DNA of 60,204 nucleotides, the filler included. It is 9 parts of 9 records of this genome, joined end to end, with 100 filler letters (N's around TTAATTAATTAA, not from the genome) between each part and the next. Parts side by side here need not be neighbours in the genome. Positions count along the whole stretch, not along the records: positions 30,232 to 35,490 come from SRR31147125_49700; positions 35,591 to 42,119 come from SRR31147125_49702; 7 more parts are not named here. The stretch is one strand, 5' to 3'. Both the position numbers and the translations under genes were made by a program. This document shows, in pieces, positions 30,912 to 41,407 of the stretch; within the stretch, counting starts at the first letter, position 1, and every line of letters begins with the position of its first letter. The notes beneath the pieces are model-generated. The model made no database searches and was not told the origin of the DNA. It saw nothing but the letters and a program-made list of their open reading frames with translations.

Positions 30912-32608
30912 ATGTCACGACCGATGTTTTACAACTATAGACCACAAAGACCAATCCGAGCAGTGAAAGGGACGATTTTAAGCTGTAAGAATTGGGATAC
31001 AGAAGCAGCAACACGAATGCTGATGAATAACCTGGATCCGGATGTTGCGCTGATCCCGGAGGATCTGATTGTCTATGGAGGCAGCGGCCGGGCGGCGAGA
31101 AACTGGAAAGCCTATCGTAACATTATCGACATATTGCAGGATCTTGATGAAAACCATACCCTTTGTGTCCAATCCGGTAAACCTGTTTATATTGCTCCAA
31201 CTCACCCTGAAGCACCCCGTGTCATTATTGCCAACTCCAATATCGTTCCCAAATGGGCTACCCAGGAAAATTTCGATAAATACGATGAAATGGGTTTGAT
31301 TATGTACGGCCAGATGACTGCCGGCAGCTGGATTTATATTGCCACTCAGGGTATTATTCAGGGAACTTATGAGTCATTTGCCGCAGCCGGGCGCCAGGAT
31401 TTTGGCGTGGATAGTTTAAAAGGGAAATTTATTTTAACAGCTGGTATGGGAGGCATGTCCGGAGCCCAGCCCCTGGCCGCGACCATGAATGAAGCGGTGA
31501 TCCTGGACGTGGAGGTCAGAGCGGAACGTATTGAAAAGAAGGTCAAAGAGGGCTATTGTGATCGAATGACCTTGGAAATTGAACAAGCTGTGCAATGGGT
31601 ACAGGAGGCAAAACAAACAGGGGAACCTCTTTCAGTAGGTTTGGTGGGTAATGCCGGTGATGTTTATCCCTGGTTGGTCAAAAATGATGTTATTCCGGAT
31701 ATTGTGACGGATCAGACATCTGCCCATAGCCTGCTTGATTACGTGCCAAGGGGGATCTAAATGATGTTGATGCATTACGGGAAAAAGATCCCGAGTCTTA
31801 TAAAAAACGTTCTCTTGAAACCATAGCCAGGCATGCAGAAGCGATCCTGGACATGCAGAAAAAAGGTGCGGTTGCTTTTGATTATGGCAACAACCTGCGT
31901 GCTCAGGCGGAACTGGCAGGAGTGGATATCCGAAAGGAGGATGGATCTTTCAAGTATCCGGGATTCGTGCCAGCCTATGTTCGGCCATTGTTCTGTGAAG
32001 GCCGGGGGCCTTTTCGCTGGGCAGCTTTATCCGGAGATGTTGCGGATATTAATCGATTGGATCAGCTGGTAAAGGAGATGTTTCCGGAAAACAGGTCCTT
32101 AAATCGTTGGATAGAATTGGCTGGCAAAAAAATACCCCAATTGGGATTACCATCACGCGTTTGTTGGCTGGGTTATGGTGAACGAGCTGAGTTTGGTCAA
32201 AGAATGAATGACCTGGTGCGCACGGGAGAGATCAAAGCACCCCTGGTGATTGGCAGGGATCATCTGGACACCGGATCAGTAGCGTCACCAAATCGGGAAA
32301 CAGAGGGTATGTTGGATGGCAGCGATGCCATTGCTGACTGGCCCTTGCTTAATTTTGCTCTGAACGCGGTGAATGGTGCCAGTTGGGTCAGTTTTCATCA
32401 TGGTGGTGGTGTAGGAATTGGGTATTCTTTGCATGCCGGAATGGTGGTAGTCGCGGATGGCACAAAAGAACGGGATAAACGGTTGCAGCGCGTCCTGACC
32501 GTGGATCCGGGTATGGGCATCGCCCGGCATTACGATGCCGGTTATGAAAAAGCAAAGCAAGTGGCAAAAGAAAAAGGTGTTTTGATAAATTCAATGAATG
32601 AAAAATAG
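30912..32608 (+). CDS. hutU: Urocanate hydratase (frameshift in the G5 run at 31750-31754)
   Basis: [66 protein letters not shown]. Confidence 0.96.
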
Positions 32609-32625
32609 AGTACATATCCTGTTTA

Positions 32626-33885
32626 ATGCAGTTCATTTCTTATAAATCGAGTGAAATGTATGGATCGAATATTATTAAAGGATTTAAAAAAAGTATACAA
32701 ATTCCCAGGATCGGACAATCAGCCTCTTTCCATTTTTTAGAAAAAGGTGTCATACAGGAAATAGATTACTATAACGATATTTTAAAGAACTATGATGCCA
32801 GTTTTCTTGATGAGATAAAAGTAGTTGATTGTTCAGATTGTATCGCGTTGCCTGGATTTGTGGATTCGCATACTCATTTGCTTTTTGCCGGTTCCCGGGA
32901 GCAGGAATTATATATGCGTGCAGACAAAAAATCCTATCTGGATATTATGGCTGCAGGCGGAGGAATCTTTAACACCGTAAAGTCCGTTCGTACGGCATCT
33001 GATGAGGAATTGATCGAACATGGATTAACGTTTCTTGATAAGGCTCTGAGTTTTGGAACCACAACCATAGAAATTAAATCCGGTTATGGCCTTGACTATG
33101 CCACAGAAGAGAAAATGCTACGGGTTCTGGCCCGGCTGGATAAATTACATCCCATTGATATCGTACCAACTTTTCTTGTACATGGTGTGCCAAAAGATAT
33201 GGACAGGACAGCGTATTTAGATATTGTTGCCGAAAAGATGATTCCTGAATTTAAACAATATTCAGACTGGTTCGATCTCTTTTTGGAAAAAGGTGTTATA
33301 GATAAAAAGGAAGCTGAATTTTTGTTTCAAAAGGCAATGGATGCCGGTTATTCTATTGGTTTTCATACCAATCAGATGTATGACATTGGCGGTGTTGAAC
33401 TTGCCTTAAAATACAACGCCAGAAGAATGGATCATCTTGAGGTTTTGGATAAAAAAGATGCCAAAAAAATAAAGCAAAAACAGAGCTTGTATCCTGTTTT
33501 TTTACCCTCAGCAGAATATTTTGTTTTTTCCGAAAATGTGGGTAAAATAAATTTATTGGACGGTATAAAAAACAGAATTGTCCTGGCCACGGATTTTAAT
33601 CCCGGTTCCTCTCCTGTGCTGTCACCTCAGGTTGTCATGTCCATGGCTGTTTTGCGATATGGTATTTCTGATCCGTATTTGCTGATTGATGCTTTTACAT
33701 CTAATCCGGCAAAAATGTTATACATGCAGGATCGGGGTGAGCTAAAACAAGGCGCCAAAGCAGACATTGTTTGTATGCAGCTGGATAATTTTGAACAAAT
33801 TCCCTATTATGGAACGATAAATTTCATAAAGATGGTGATAAAAGACCAGGACATATTTACGTACAGTGGTCTGGAAAATTTCTAG
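32626..33885 (+). CDS. hutI: Imidazolonepropionase
   Basis: PGFVDSHTHLLFAG.R, GTTTIEIKSGYG, ATDFNPGSS. Directly downstream of hutU. Confidence 0.92.
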   Translation: MQFISYKSSEMYGSNIIKGFKKSIQIPRIGQSASFHFLEKGVIQEIDYYNDILKNYDASFLDEIKVVDCSDCIALPGFVDSHTHLLFAGSREQELYMRADKKSYLDIMAAGGGIFNTVKSVRTASDEELIEHGLTFLDKALSFGTTTIEIKSGYGLDYATEEKMLRVLARLDKLHPIDIVPTFLVHGVPKDMDRTAYLDIVAEKMIPEFKQYSDWFDLFLEKGVIDKKEAEFLFQKAMDAGYSIGFHTNQMYDIGGVELALKYNARRMDHLEVLDKKDAKKIKQKQSLYPVFLPSAEYFVFSENVGKINLLDGIKNRIVLATDFNPGSSPVLSPQVVMSMAVLRYGISDPYLLIDAFTSNPAKMLYMQDRGELKQGAKADIVCMQLDNFEQIPYYGTINFIKMVIKDQDIFTYSGLENF

Positions 33886-33914
33886 GTAAAATACAGAAAG
33901 ATGGCCAAGAACAG

Positions 33915-34460
33915 TTATCTTTGGTATCTAATTTTTTTAACATAGAGATCGATACCACGCTCTATCTCTTCAAAAGCCCTGTCCTGGCCTTCCCAACCTT
34001 TTGCCTGAACTTCTGCCTGTTCCAGATCTTTATAGACACTGAAAAAGTGCTTTACCTCTTTTAAAAAATGGGGCGAAAATTCATCCAATGATCTATAATG
34101 GTCAAATAAAGGATCTGTATTGGGTACCGCCAGGATTTTATCATCGATCTGACCTTTATCGATGAGATGAAAAATGCCTAAAGGTCTTGCTTCAATAACA
34201 CATCCGGAAAAGGTCGGTTCATTGGTCAGGACGAGGGCATCCAGGGGATCGCCATCATCATGCAATGTCCGGGGGATAAATCCATAATCACCGGGGTAGT
34301 ACAGAGATGAAGCGAGTACACGATCCAGTTTGATAAATCCACCATCTTCATCATACTCGTATTTATTTCTGGATCTTTTGGGAATTTCTACCACGACATA
34401 AACGACCTGCGGAACTTTTGGCCCGGGTGGTAATTCACGCCACAGATTCATGACAGACAT
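33915..34460 (-). CDS. ppa: Family I inorganic pyrophosphatase
   Basis: EIPK.SRNKYE, YPGDYGFIP, DGDPLD, DDKILAV, HFFSVYKDLE. Confidence 0.95.
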   Translation of the reverse strand: MSVMNLWRELPPGPKVPQVVYVVVEIPKRSRNKYEYDEDGGFIKLDRVLASSLYYPGDYGFIPRTLHDDGDPLDALVLTNEPTFSGCVIEARPLGIFHLIDKGQIDDKILAVPNTDPLFDHYRSLDEFSPHFLKEVKHFFSVYKDLEQAEVQAKGWEGQDRAFEEIERGIDLYVKKIRYQR

Positions 34461-34659
34461 ATCGGCCTCTTTTTTTAAATACGTATTCATGTATTGATAA
34501 CGATTTTATTAGTCTTTTAATTCAAAAATATTTTAATTTGGTTGCAGGATAAAGTGTTAATGTCACAAATAGTAAAGAGATTATTTATAAAATAGTTAAT
34601 CCTGATTAACTGTTAAAATTCATATAACAACCCATTTAACAAGTGGATTAGGAGGCGAT

Positions 34660-35490
34660 ATGTTCAGAAAACCTCTTTTTTGGGGTGGTTTCGTTCTTGT
34701 ATTTATAGCGTGTGTGCTATTTATCGTTCGATATTTTTCAAGTGCCTTTCCTATTGTCACGTTGGATCTCAGGATGGACCGGATGTTAGCCCTTGAATCA
34801 GCTGAAAAGTTGGCACAAGAACAACATTGGGGGCCGTCAGAACACAAGCAATCCGCTTCGTTTAGACTGGAAACAAGAGTACAAAATTTTGTCGAATTGG
34901 AAGCTGGAGGTGTAAAGGCTTTCAGGGACATGCTTGGAAATGACTTGTATTCTCCATATACATGGAATGTGCGTCATTTCAAGGAAGGTGAAACAAATGA
35001 AACACGAATTTACTTTCGGCCGGATGGCCGGCCGTATGGTTTTGTGGAAAAGTTGGCAGAAGAGGCCCCCGGAGCCAGTTTAAGTGGGGATTCAGCCAGA
35101 GTGATAGCCGAAAACACAGCTTTGACGATATGGATGGTAAATCTGAAGGATTATGATCTGGTTGAGGAATCGCAGGAAATACGTCCTGGTGGTCGTATCG
35201 ATCATACTTTTGTATATGAACGACCAGATGTCCGGATAGGAGAGGGCCGATATCGTCTTCGTCTGGTGGTTGGAGGCGACAAACTGGTGGAGTTTCGACA
35301 TTTTATTAAAATACCTCAAGCTTTTTCGCGTCGTTATACGGAAATGCGGTCTTTTAATAACACGATCGCTTCAGCTGCTTTTGTTGGTGTGGCGATTTTT
35401 TATGTTTTTGGCGGATGTATGGTCGGATTATTCCTCTTAATAAGACAGGGATGGGTGTTATGGCGTAAGCCACTTTTTTGGGGGCTTTTT
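34660..35490 (+). CDS. Membrane protein, possibly N-terminal part of a large CPBP/Abi-family protease, 3'-truncated
   Basis: N-terminal TM, extracytoplasmic domain (QNFVELEAGG..WNVRHFKEGE) and further TMs. The catalytic domain is not present in the contig, so the family is recalled resemblance only. Confidence 0.55.
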
Positions 35491-35591
35491 NNNNNNNNNN
35501 NNNNNNNNNNNNNNNNNNNNNNNNNNNNNNNNNNTTAATTAATTAANNNNNNNNNNNNNNNNNNNNNNNNNNNNNNNNNNNNNNNNNNNNT

Positions 35592-35620
35592 AAAAAAGGC
35601 AGCTAATTAGCTGCCTTTTT
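35592..35620 (-). terminator. Terminator after tRNA-Met
   Basis: AAAAAGGCAGCTAATTAGCTGCCTTTTT perfect palindrome. Confidence 0.85.
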
Positions 35621-35624
35621 AATG

Positions 35625-35698
35625 TGGCGGGGGGGAGATTTGAACTCCCGACCTATGGGTTATGAATCCATCGCTCTCACCAACTGAGCTACCCTGCC
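35625..35698 (-). tRNA. tRNA-Met(CAT), elongator type
   Basis: Minus strand GGCAGGGTAGCTCAGTTGGTGAGAGCGATGGATTCATAACCCATAGGTCGGGAGTTCAAATCTCCC...GCCA. G1-C72 is paired, so it is not initiator. Ile2 cannot be fully excluded. Confidence 0.9.
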
Positions 35699-35732
35699 AT
35701 TACTACTTTTTCAAATTCGGAAAGCCCAGATA

Positions 35733-36872
35733 CTACATTTCCGACTTGCAGTCAATACCTAGAGTTGATTTCGATATAGAAATATTGCTAAAAATTGCCT
35801 TTCCAACCATCATTTCACTACTATTTCTGAGTAAAACTATCTCATAGCCCTCTTCTGGCTTCTTTTTAGTCCCTAAATCTGCTGACTTAACCTTAAAGTC
35901 GGCTATCCAGCCCTGATATGGACCCCAGGTCTTACATTCAATCAAACCCTCGTATTCACTGAAATTCAATAATTTCAAGAAGGTCTTCTTCGGCATATCC
36001 GGCCTAAAGAGAACTCCTGCCAGCTTAAATTTCTGATCGTCTACAATTACAATCTCTGATTCTTCATAGATCTCTTCTTTTTCACTGCTAGCCTTTTTTA
36101 GGCTAACCTTCTCCAAAACTGGTGGAGATTCTGCACACGCAAAACGCTCTTCCCTCTCTTGAATCTCATCTTGGAATATAAACTGATGACAATTCACATT
36201 TCCTCTATACCTCTCTGCCGATTTATAAATAGCCTTCCACTTTTTACCCTTCTTTTCAAAAAGCTTTAAAAAACCACCCTTATCTCTAACCCAAACCTTA
36301 GAATACGTTTTAGCAATTGGAACTGCAAATTGGTATATCCCTGTATTTTTTGGCAAATCTAATTTGCCAAATTTCTTAAGTTTTCCATTTTTCCAAACAA
36401 GCTCAAAGACGCTGCCAGCAAAAGCCTGCCTCTTTGCAAAGGACTGACCGAGAAGAACCTTGTCTCCACCAATCTTATCAACTCTGAAATAAAACGGCAC
36501 CCAGGAAGAGATCGTCTTAAAACTCCCCTCACCAATTTTAAAAACATAAGAGCTCAGAGCCGCAGCAGAAAAAGAAGTTACGAAGACCTCTTCAAGCCCA
36601 TCTTTATCTAGATCATACAAATCGACCCTTAAAGGACGCTCAGACATTCCAAATGAATGTTTCGCAATAATCTTATCTGTTGGAATATCGACCAAAAGGA
36701 GTTCTTTTTTTGACAGGACAAGTACCCTAGTTTCACCCTGAAGCAATTCAAAAGATACAGCCTCTGAACTAATCTTTTTAGTAGATTTGAGCGTAGCAAT
36801 ATTAGCAGCCTGCAAAACAGACGAAGAAAAAAGTAAAAGCGAAATTACAAAGAAGACTAATCTACTCTTCAT
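35733..36872 (-). CDS. Exported protein with a VCBS/FG-GAP-like motif
   Basis: Signal peptide (..VLQA) and DLYDLDKDGLEEVFV Ca-blade-like motif. Confidence 0.6.
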   Translation of the reverse strand: MKSRLVFFVISLLLFSSSVLQAANIATLKSTKKISSEAVSFELLQGETRVLVLSKKELLLVDIPTDKIIAKHSFGMSERPLRVDLYDLDKDGLEEVFVTSFSAAALSSYVFKIGEGSFKTISSWVPFYFRVDKIGGDKVLLGQSFAKRQAFAGSVFELVWKNGKLKKFGKLDLPKNTGIYQFAVPIAKTYSKVWVRDKGGFLKLFEKKGKKWKAIYKSAERYRGNVNCHQFIFQDEIQEREERFACAESPPVLEKVSLKKASSEKEEIYEESEIVIVDDQKFKLAGVLFRPDMPKKTFLKLLNFSEYEGLIECKTWGPYQGWIADFKVKSADLGTKKKPEEGYEIVLLRNSSEMMVGKAIFSNISISKSTLGIDCKSEM

Positions 36873-37218
36873 GAGGCTCCTGAGTCTCCTCTACAACTTC
36901 TTCATGTGACATTTTACGAACTAATGTAAGTTCTCTCTCAAGCTGTCTGATCTTTTTATTTTTTGAACGAAGCTCAAGTGTTTTGTAGAGAGATGGCAAG
37001 GCTTCCAGAAGAGCTATTGTGATCATTCCCAAGCAGAAGGAAAGGAGTATAACAAAGCCCATAGGCATCGGAACACTTTGAAGCGAAATTACGTAAGGAA
37101 TCCTAAACTTAAAAACGACATCATACGTGAAAGTAGCAGCATCAAGATTGCAATAGACAAAATTGAGCAATACAAAGAAAAGAAGTGCCATTATTAATGC
37201 AAAGACTAGACGTTTCAT
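36862..37218 (-). CDS. LapA/DUF1049-like membrane protein
   Basis: Two hydrophobic segments followed by a basic coiled coil (KIRQLERELTLVRK). Position downstream of rpsA-ihfB fits LapA. Confidence 0.7.
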   Translation of the reverse strand: MKRLVFALIMALLFFVLLNFVYCNLDAATFTYDVVFKFRIPYVISLQSVPMPMGFVILLSFCLGMITIALLEALPSLYKTLELRSKNKKIRQLERELTLVRKMSHEEVVEETQEPHEE

Positions 37219-37238
37219 AATCCCCCCGATATAGAAAA

Positions 37239-37724
37239 CTATTTATTTGAAAAACCTGGAACTAAACGATTGTATGTCTCTTCTAAATACTCCGGCATCG
37301 ACTTCGTGTCACTAAAAACCGGAAAGAAATTAACATCCCCAACCCATCTTGGAACAATATGAAGATGTAAGTGATCTTCGAGTCCAGCCCCCGCTGGTCT
37401 ACCAAAATTCATCCCCATATTTACACCCTGACAATTGATGGCATCTTCCATTATCTTCATTGTTTTGCCACCAACCTCAAGCAACTCATTTCTGCAACTA
37501 TCACTCAAGTCATTTAAATCTGAAACATGTGCATACGGAACGACCATGACATGGCCTGAATTATAGGGATATCGATTCATTATTACAAAAACATCTTTTC
37601 CTCGATAGAGAATTAGATTCTTTTTGTCATCGTTTTCTTCAATCGCTTCACAAAGAAAACAGCCTTCTGTCTTATCAACATTTTCTATGTACTCCATGCG
37701 CCATGGAGCCCACAATCTATGCAT
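37239..37724 (-). CDS. HIT-family (Ap4A phosphorylase/hydrolase-like) protein
   Basis: LWAPWRMEYI, CFLC, NRYPYNSGH, HLHLHIVPRW.GD.NF. Confidence 0.92.
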   Translation of the reverse strand: MHRLWAPWRMEYIENVDKTEGCFLCEAIEENDDKKNLILYRGKDVFVIMNRYPYNSGHVMVVPYAHVSDLNDLSDSCRNELLEVGGKTMKIMEDAINCQGVNMGMNFGRPAGAGLEDHLHLHIVPRWVGDVNFFPVFSDTKSMPEYLEETYNRLVPGFSNK

Positions 37725-37998
37725 GATTGACCCTCTCGCGGAGTTCTTTTCCAACTTTAAAAAATGGAACTCTTCTCTCAGAAACATTCACAGTCTCACC
37801 AGTCTTTGGGTTACGACCCATTCTTGGCTTTCTTGTTCTGATTTCGAAGCTTCCAAAACCTCTAATTTCAATCCTCTCACCCTTTTTCAAAGAATCTGAC
37901 ATAGAATCAAAAATCTGATTTATGATAATTTCAACATCTCTATGTGACAAACCCTCTAATTTCGTTGCTATTGTCTCTATCAAATCACTCTTATTCAC
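37717..37998 (-). CDS. ihfB: Integration host factor beta subunit
   Basis: MNKSDLI, RIEIRGFGSF, GRNPKTGE, PFFKVGKELRERVN. Located downstream of rpsA. Confidence 0.93.
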   Translation of the reverse strand: MNKSDLIETIATKLEGLSHRDVEIIINQIFDSMSDSLKKGERIEIRGFGSFEIRTRKPRMGRNPKTGETVNVSERRVPFFKVGKELRERVNHA

Positions 37999-38072
37999 TT
38001 CTCTCCTCCTTAAATCTCTCTATTAAGTTCAGAGTCTCCATTCATACAAAAAGTATTTTTTTGTTCCGATAT

Positions 38073-38891
38073 TTATATTATCCAACAGTAGGCCTGCGTT
38101 CTTTGCAAAAACGTCAAGCCACCAAGGTTTTCCTTCTTCATCTTTAGAATTCTTGGTTCGCCTTTTATCCCTGCTGAATCTGCTGCCATTCTGACAGCTT
38201 CCAAGAGCCCGCCAATCTCATCAACTAAACCTAATTCTTTTGCCTTCACACCTGTAAACACTTGGCCCTGTGCAATCTTGTCGATCTCTTCAGGTTTGAT
38301 TTCTCTATTTACAGCCACATCCGACTTAAACTGTTCATGCAGCTCATCCAAAACGCTCTGCAGATATTTACGCTCTTCTTCAGTCATAGCCCTATAGACA
38401 GAACCAGCGTCTTTGAATTTACCGCTCTTTAATGTCTCAGGTTTTAGCTTCATGAAACTGAAAAGATCTTTGGCATCCATGAGTTCCATTCTGACACCAA
38501 TAGAACCCGTGATCGTCCCTTCGTTGGCAAATATTTTACTTCCGCCAATTGCTGCGTAGTAACCACCAGATGCTGCGACATCCCCCATGGAGACAACGAC
38601 TGGTTTCTTTTCATTTAGATTCTTGATAGTTCTAAACATCTCCTGAGAGGCTGCAACAGAACCACCTGGCGAATCGATACGAACAACAACGGCTTTTATA
38701 TCTTTATTTTTCCGGGCTTTCTCGAGATCTTCAATTACTTCATCTGGAGTTGTTATCATTCCCTTGATTTCAACCAAAGCAACCTTTGAACCAAGGCCAA
38801 TATTTCCACTCCTAAAACTGAAACAACCAACTATAAAAAATAATGAAATAATAAAAGACAGCAAGATTGAAATGCTAAGAACTCTTTTCAT
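38073..38891 (-). CDS. sppA: Signal peptide peptidase SppA, short form (C-terminus probably frameshifted near 38130)
   Basis: RIDSPGG, SMGDVAASGGYY, TITGSIGV, KSGKFKDAGS, GLVDEIGG. Confidence 0.92.
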   Translation of the reverse strand: MKRVLSISILLSFIISLFFIVGCFSFRSGNIGLGSKVALVEIKGMITTPDEVIEDLEKARKNKDIKAVVVRIDSPGGSVAASQEMFRTIKNLNEKKPVVVSMGDVAASGGYYAAIGGSKIFANEGTITGSIGVRMELMDAKDLFSFMKLKPETLKSGKFKDAGSVYRAMTEEERKYLQSVLDELHEQFKSDVAVNREIKPEEIDKIAQGQVFTGVKAKELGLVDEIGGLLEAVRMAADSAGIKGEPRILKMKKENLGGLTFLQRTQAYCWII

Positions 38892-38916
38892 TTATCACCC
38901 CAGAAATAAAAGGAAA

Positions 38917-38942
38917 ACGGGCAGAGGATCTCCCCTGCCCGT
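38917..38942 (-). terminator. Hairpin/terminator between rpsA and sppA
   Basis: ACGGGCAG..CTGCCCGT followed on the minus strand by TTTCCTTTTATTT. Confidence 0.7.
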
Positions 38943-38950
38943 ATCCAAAA

Positions 38951-40660
38951 TTAACCTTCAGATTCTTCTTTCTTTTCTTCTGCAGGTACTTCTTCTGCTT
39001 TCTTCTCTTCGACTGGAGCTTCTTCAGCCTTAGCTTCTTTTTTCTCTTCAGCAGGGGCTTCTTCTGCCTTTACTTCGGCAGCAGCTTCAACCAATTCAAA
39101 GCGGAACTTACGTTCTTTTGTATCAGCAAATGAAACGCGAATCTTGACTTCGGAACCGTTTGCCAATTCGCCCTTCAAGTTTGCTTTTTCGATCAAGCCT
39201 TCAACGCCCTCTTCCAACTGAACAATTGTTCCGATTGGATTTGATGCGACGACTTTACCTTCATACTCACTACCTTCGTTGTAGTTACCTGTGATCTTTT
39301 CCCATGGATCATCTTGGAGTTGTTTCAAACCAAGTGAGAAACGTTCGTTTTCGGCATCTACGTGAAGAACCAAGACTTCAATCTTATCGCCTTTATTATA
39401 GACTTCTGATGGGTGAGCAAAGTTTTGGACCCAGCAAAGATCTGAGAGATGGACCAAACCATCAACATCGCCACCAACATCAACAAAAAGACCGAAATCA
39501 GCAATATTCTTGATTGTACCTTCGAGTTTTGTTCCGAGAGGATACTTATCAATCATGTTTTCCCATGGATTATCAGCAATCTGCTTCAAGCCCAATGAGA
39601 TACGTCTACCTGAAACGTCAACATCAAGAACAACTGAATCGATAACATCACCAGCGTTCAAGATTTTTGAAGGATGTTTAACTTTCTTTGTCCAGCTCAT
39701 TTCTGAGATGTGGATCATACCTTCGACGCCTTCTTCAAGCTCAACGAATGCACCATAATCGGTCAAGCTGACAACCTTACCACTGACTCTTGATCCAACA
39801 GGGAATCTCTCTTCGACTGTTGTCCAAGGATCTGGCTGAAGTTGTTTGAGACCGAGTGAAACTCTTTCGTTCTTGTCGTCAAACTTAAGAACTTTGACAC
39901 GGATATCATCACCAACTGAGAACATCTCTGTTGGATGGTTAATACGACCCCAAGTCATATCTGTGATATGAAGGAGACCATCCAAACCACCAAGATCGAT
40001 AAAAATACCGTAATCTGTGATATTCTTTACAACACCTTCGAGAATCTGTCCTTCCTGAATGTTCTCGAGAGCTTCTTTCTTCAACTCTTCTCTCTCTTTT
40101 TCGAGAATAGCTTTTCTGGAAAGAACAACATTACCACGCTTTTTGTTGAGCTTGATAATCTTGAATTCCATTGATTTTCCGACAAATTTGTCGAGATTCT
40201 TAACAGGTCTGATATCGATCTGTGAACCTGGCAAGAAAGCCTTCACACCGATATTGACCGAGAGACCACCTTTGACCTTTGAAAGAACAAGTCCTTCAAC
40301 AGCCTTACCGCTTTCACTTGCTTCGACGAGGTCATCCCAAGTCTTGATTGCATCGGCTCTCTCTTTTGAAAGACGAATCTGACCATCTTCATCTTCCAAC
40401 TTTTGGAGACATACCTCAACAGTATTGCCTTCCTTGACATCAATCTCACCCTTAGTGTTGATAAACTCAACAATCGGAATAATTCCTTCGGATTTTAGAC
40501 CAACATCAACAATTACATTATCCTTTGTTACGCGGATAATCTTTCCTTCAACGATATCTCCCTCGTTGAAAGACCTTGTTTTGAGACTCTCTTCAAAAAG
40601 AGTCGCAAATTCCGTCATTTCTCCTGACGCTTTTGTACCTACTTCTTTTGCTTCTACCAT
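38951..40660 (-). CDS. rpsA: 30S ribosomal protein S1
   Basis: Repeated S1 domains (VDVGLKSEG, AFLPGSQID, DGLLHITDMTW, EGMIHISEMSW, DGLVHLSDL). AGGAGG precedes ATG 40660. Confidence 0.97.
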   Translation of the reverse strand: MVEAKEVGTKASGEMTEFATLFEESLKTRSFNEGDIVEGKIIRVTKDNVIVDVGLKSEGIIPIVEFINTKGEIDVKEGNTVEVCLQKLEDEDGQIRLSKERADAIKTWDDLVEASESGKAVEGLVLSKVKGGLSVNIGVKAFLPGSQIDIRPVKNLDKFVGKSMEFKIIKLNKKRGNVVLSRKAILEKEREELKKEALENIQEGQILEGVVKNITDYGIFIDLGGLDGLLHITDMTWGRINHPTEMFSVGDDIRVKVLKFDDKNERVSLGLKQLQPDPWTTVEERFPVGSRVSGKVVSLTDYGAFVELEEGVEGMIHISEMSWTKKVKHPSKILNAGDVIDSVVLDVDVSGRRISLGLKQIADNPWENMIDKYPLGTKLEGTIKNIADFGLFVDVGGDVDGLVHLSDLCWVQNFAHPSEVYNKGDKIEVLVLHVDAENERFSLGLKQLQDDPWEKITGNYNEGSEYEGKVVASNPIGTIVQLEEGVEGLIEKANLKGELANGSEVKIRVSFADTKERKFRFELVEAAAEVKAEEAPAEEKKEAKAEEAPVEEKKAEEVPAEEKKEESEG

Positions 40661-40888
40661 GTGACCTTTCCTCCTAATAATAAAATTTCCCCGGTTGGGG
40701 ATGCGCTTGCTGGCGAAGGTCTCAACCTGCAAGTCTTAATAAGGCGTTGATCTATAATACCTTTTTCATACCTTGTCAAAGAAAATCCCTATATTTTTCA
40801 AATATTTTTGAAGATATTGAGTTGTCTGGGGGCAACTCATTGTGATAGTATATTTCAAAATCAGCCCACTAAAGAGAGGTAAAAAGCC

Positions 40889-41407
40889 ATGATTAGAGAT
40901 GCAACACTAGAAGATATGGATAATCTGTTACTATTATACAAGGCGCTAGTCGACTATCATAGGCCATTTGGACCCGCTCACGAGTACCTTCCGGAGCACT
41001 ATAAGACAAAGGAAGAGTTCTATAAAATGATAATTGAAGGCTCTAAGGGCAAAATGAAGATGGGTTTTATACTAGTTGCTGAAGATGAAGGCAAAATCAT
41101 TGGCATGATAGTAGCTCAATATGTAACAGTCCTCGATGGGCACAAATACCCTCAGCAGGTCTATATTCAAGATATGGTCGTCGATCCTACGAGTAGAAGA
41201 CAGAAATTGGCATCAAGACTTGGCCACGAAGCTGCCATGAGAGCCAAGAAAGATGGTATTCAGATAGCTGTTGGTTGGGTCTCCCCTCATAATAAGCATG
41301 TTAAAGAAGCCATGGAGGGCATGGGTTTCAAACCAATCTTTTCAAGAGAAGCCATGCTCCTTGAAGACTATAATGAGGATTATCTTAAAAATCAGTTTGA
41401 TGAGTAA
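40889..41407 (+). CDS. GNAT family N-acetyltransferase
   Basis: MIRDATLED, ILVAEDEGKIIG, IQDMVVDPTSRRQKLASRL, N..MGF. GAGG RBS. Confidence 0.85.
   Translation: MIRDATLEDMDNLLLLYKALVDYHRPFGPAHEYLPEHYKTKEEFYKMIIEGSKGKMKMGFILVAEDEGKIIGMIVAQYVTVLDGHKYPQQVYIQDMVVDPTSRRQKLASRLGHEAAMRAKKDGIQIAVGWVSPHNKHVKEAMEGMGFKPIFSREAMLLEDYNEDYLKNQFDE

Noticed and set aside
29953-32608. Trp attenuator controlling the downstream hutU-hutI genes
   Set aside because: An artificial spacer (30132-30231) separates them, so they are different contigs.
35625-35698. A-C mismatches in the tRNA-Met acceptor and anticodon stems as a sign of editing or pseudogenisation
   Set aside because: The GGATTCATAACCC arm is common in elongator Met tRNAs, and the acceptor mismatch sits in a G7 run in error-prone data.
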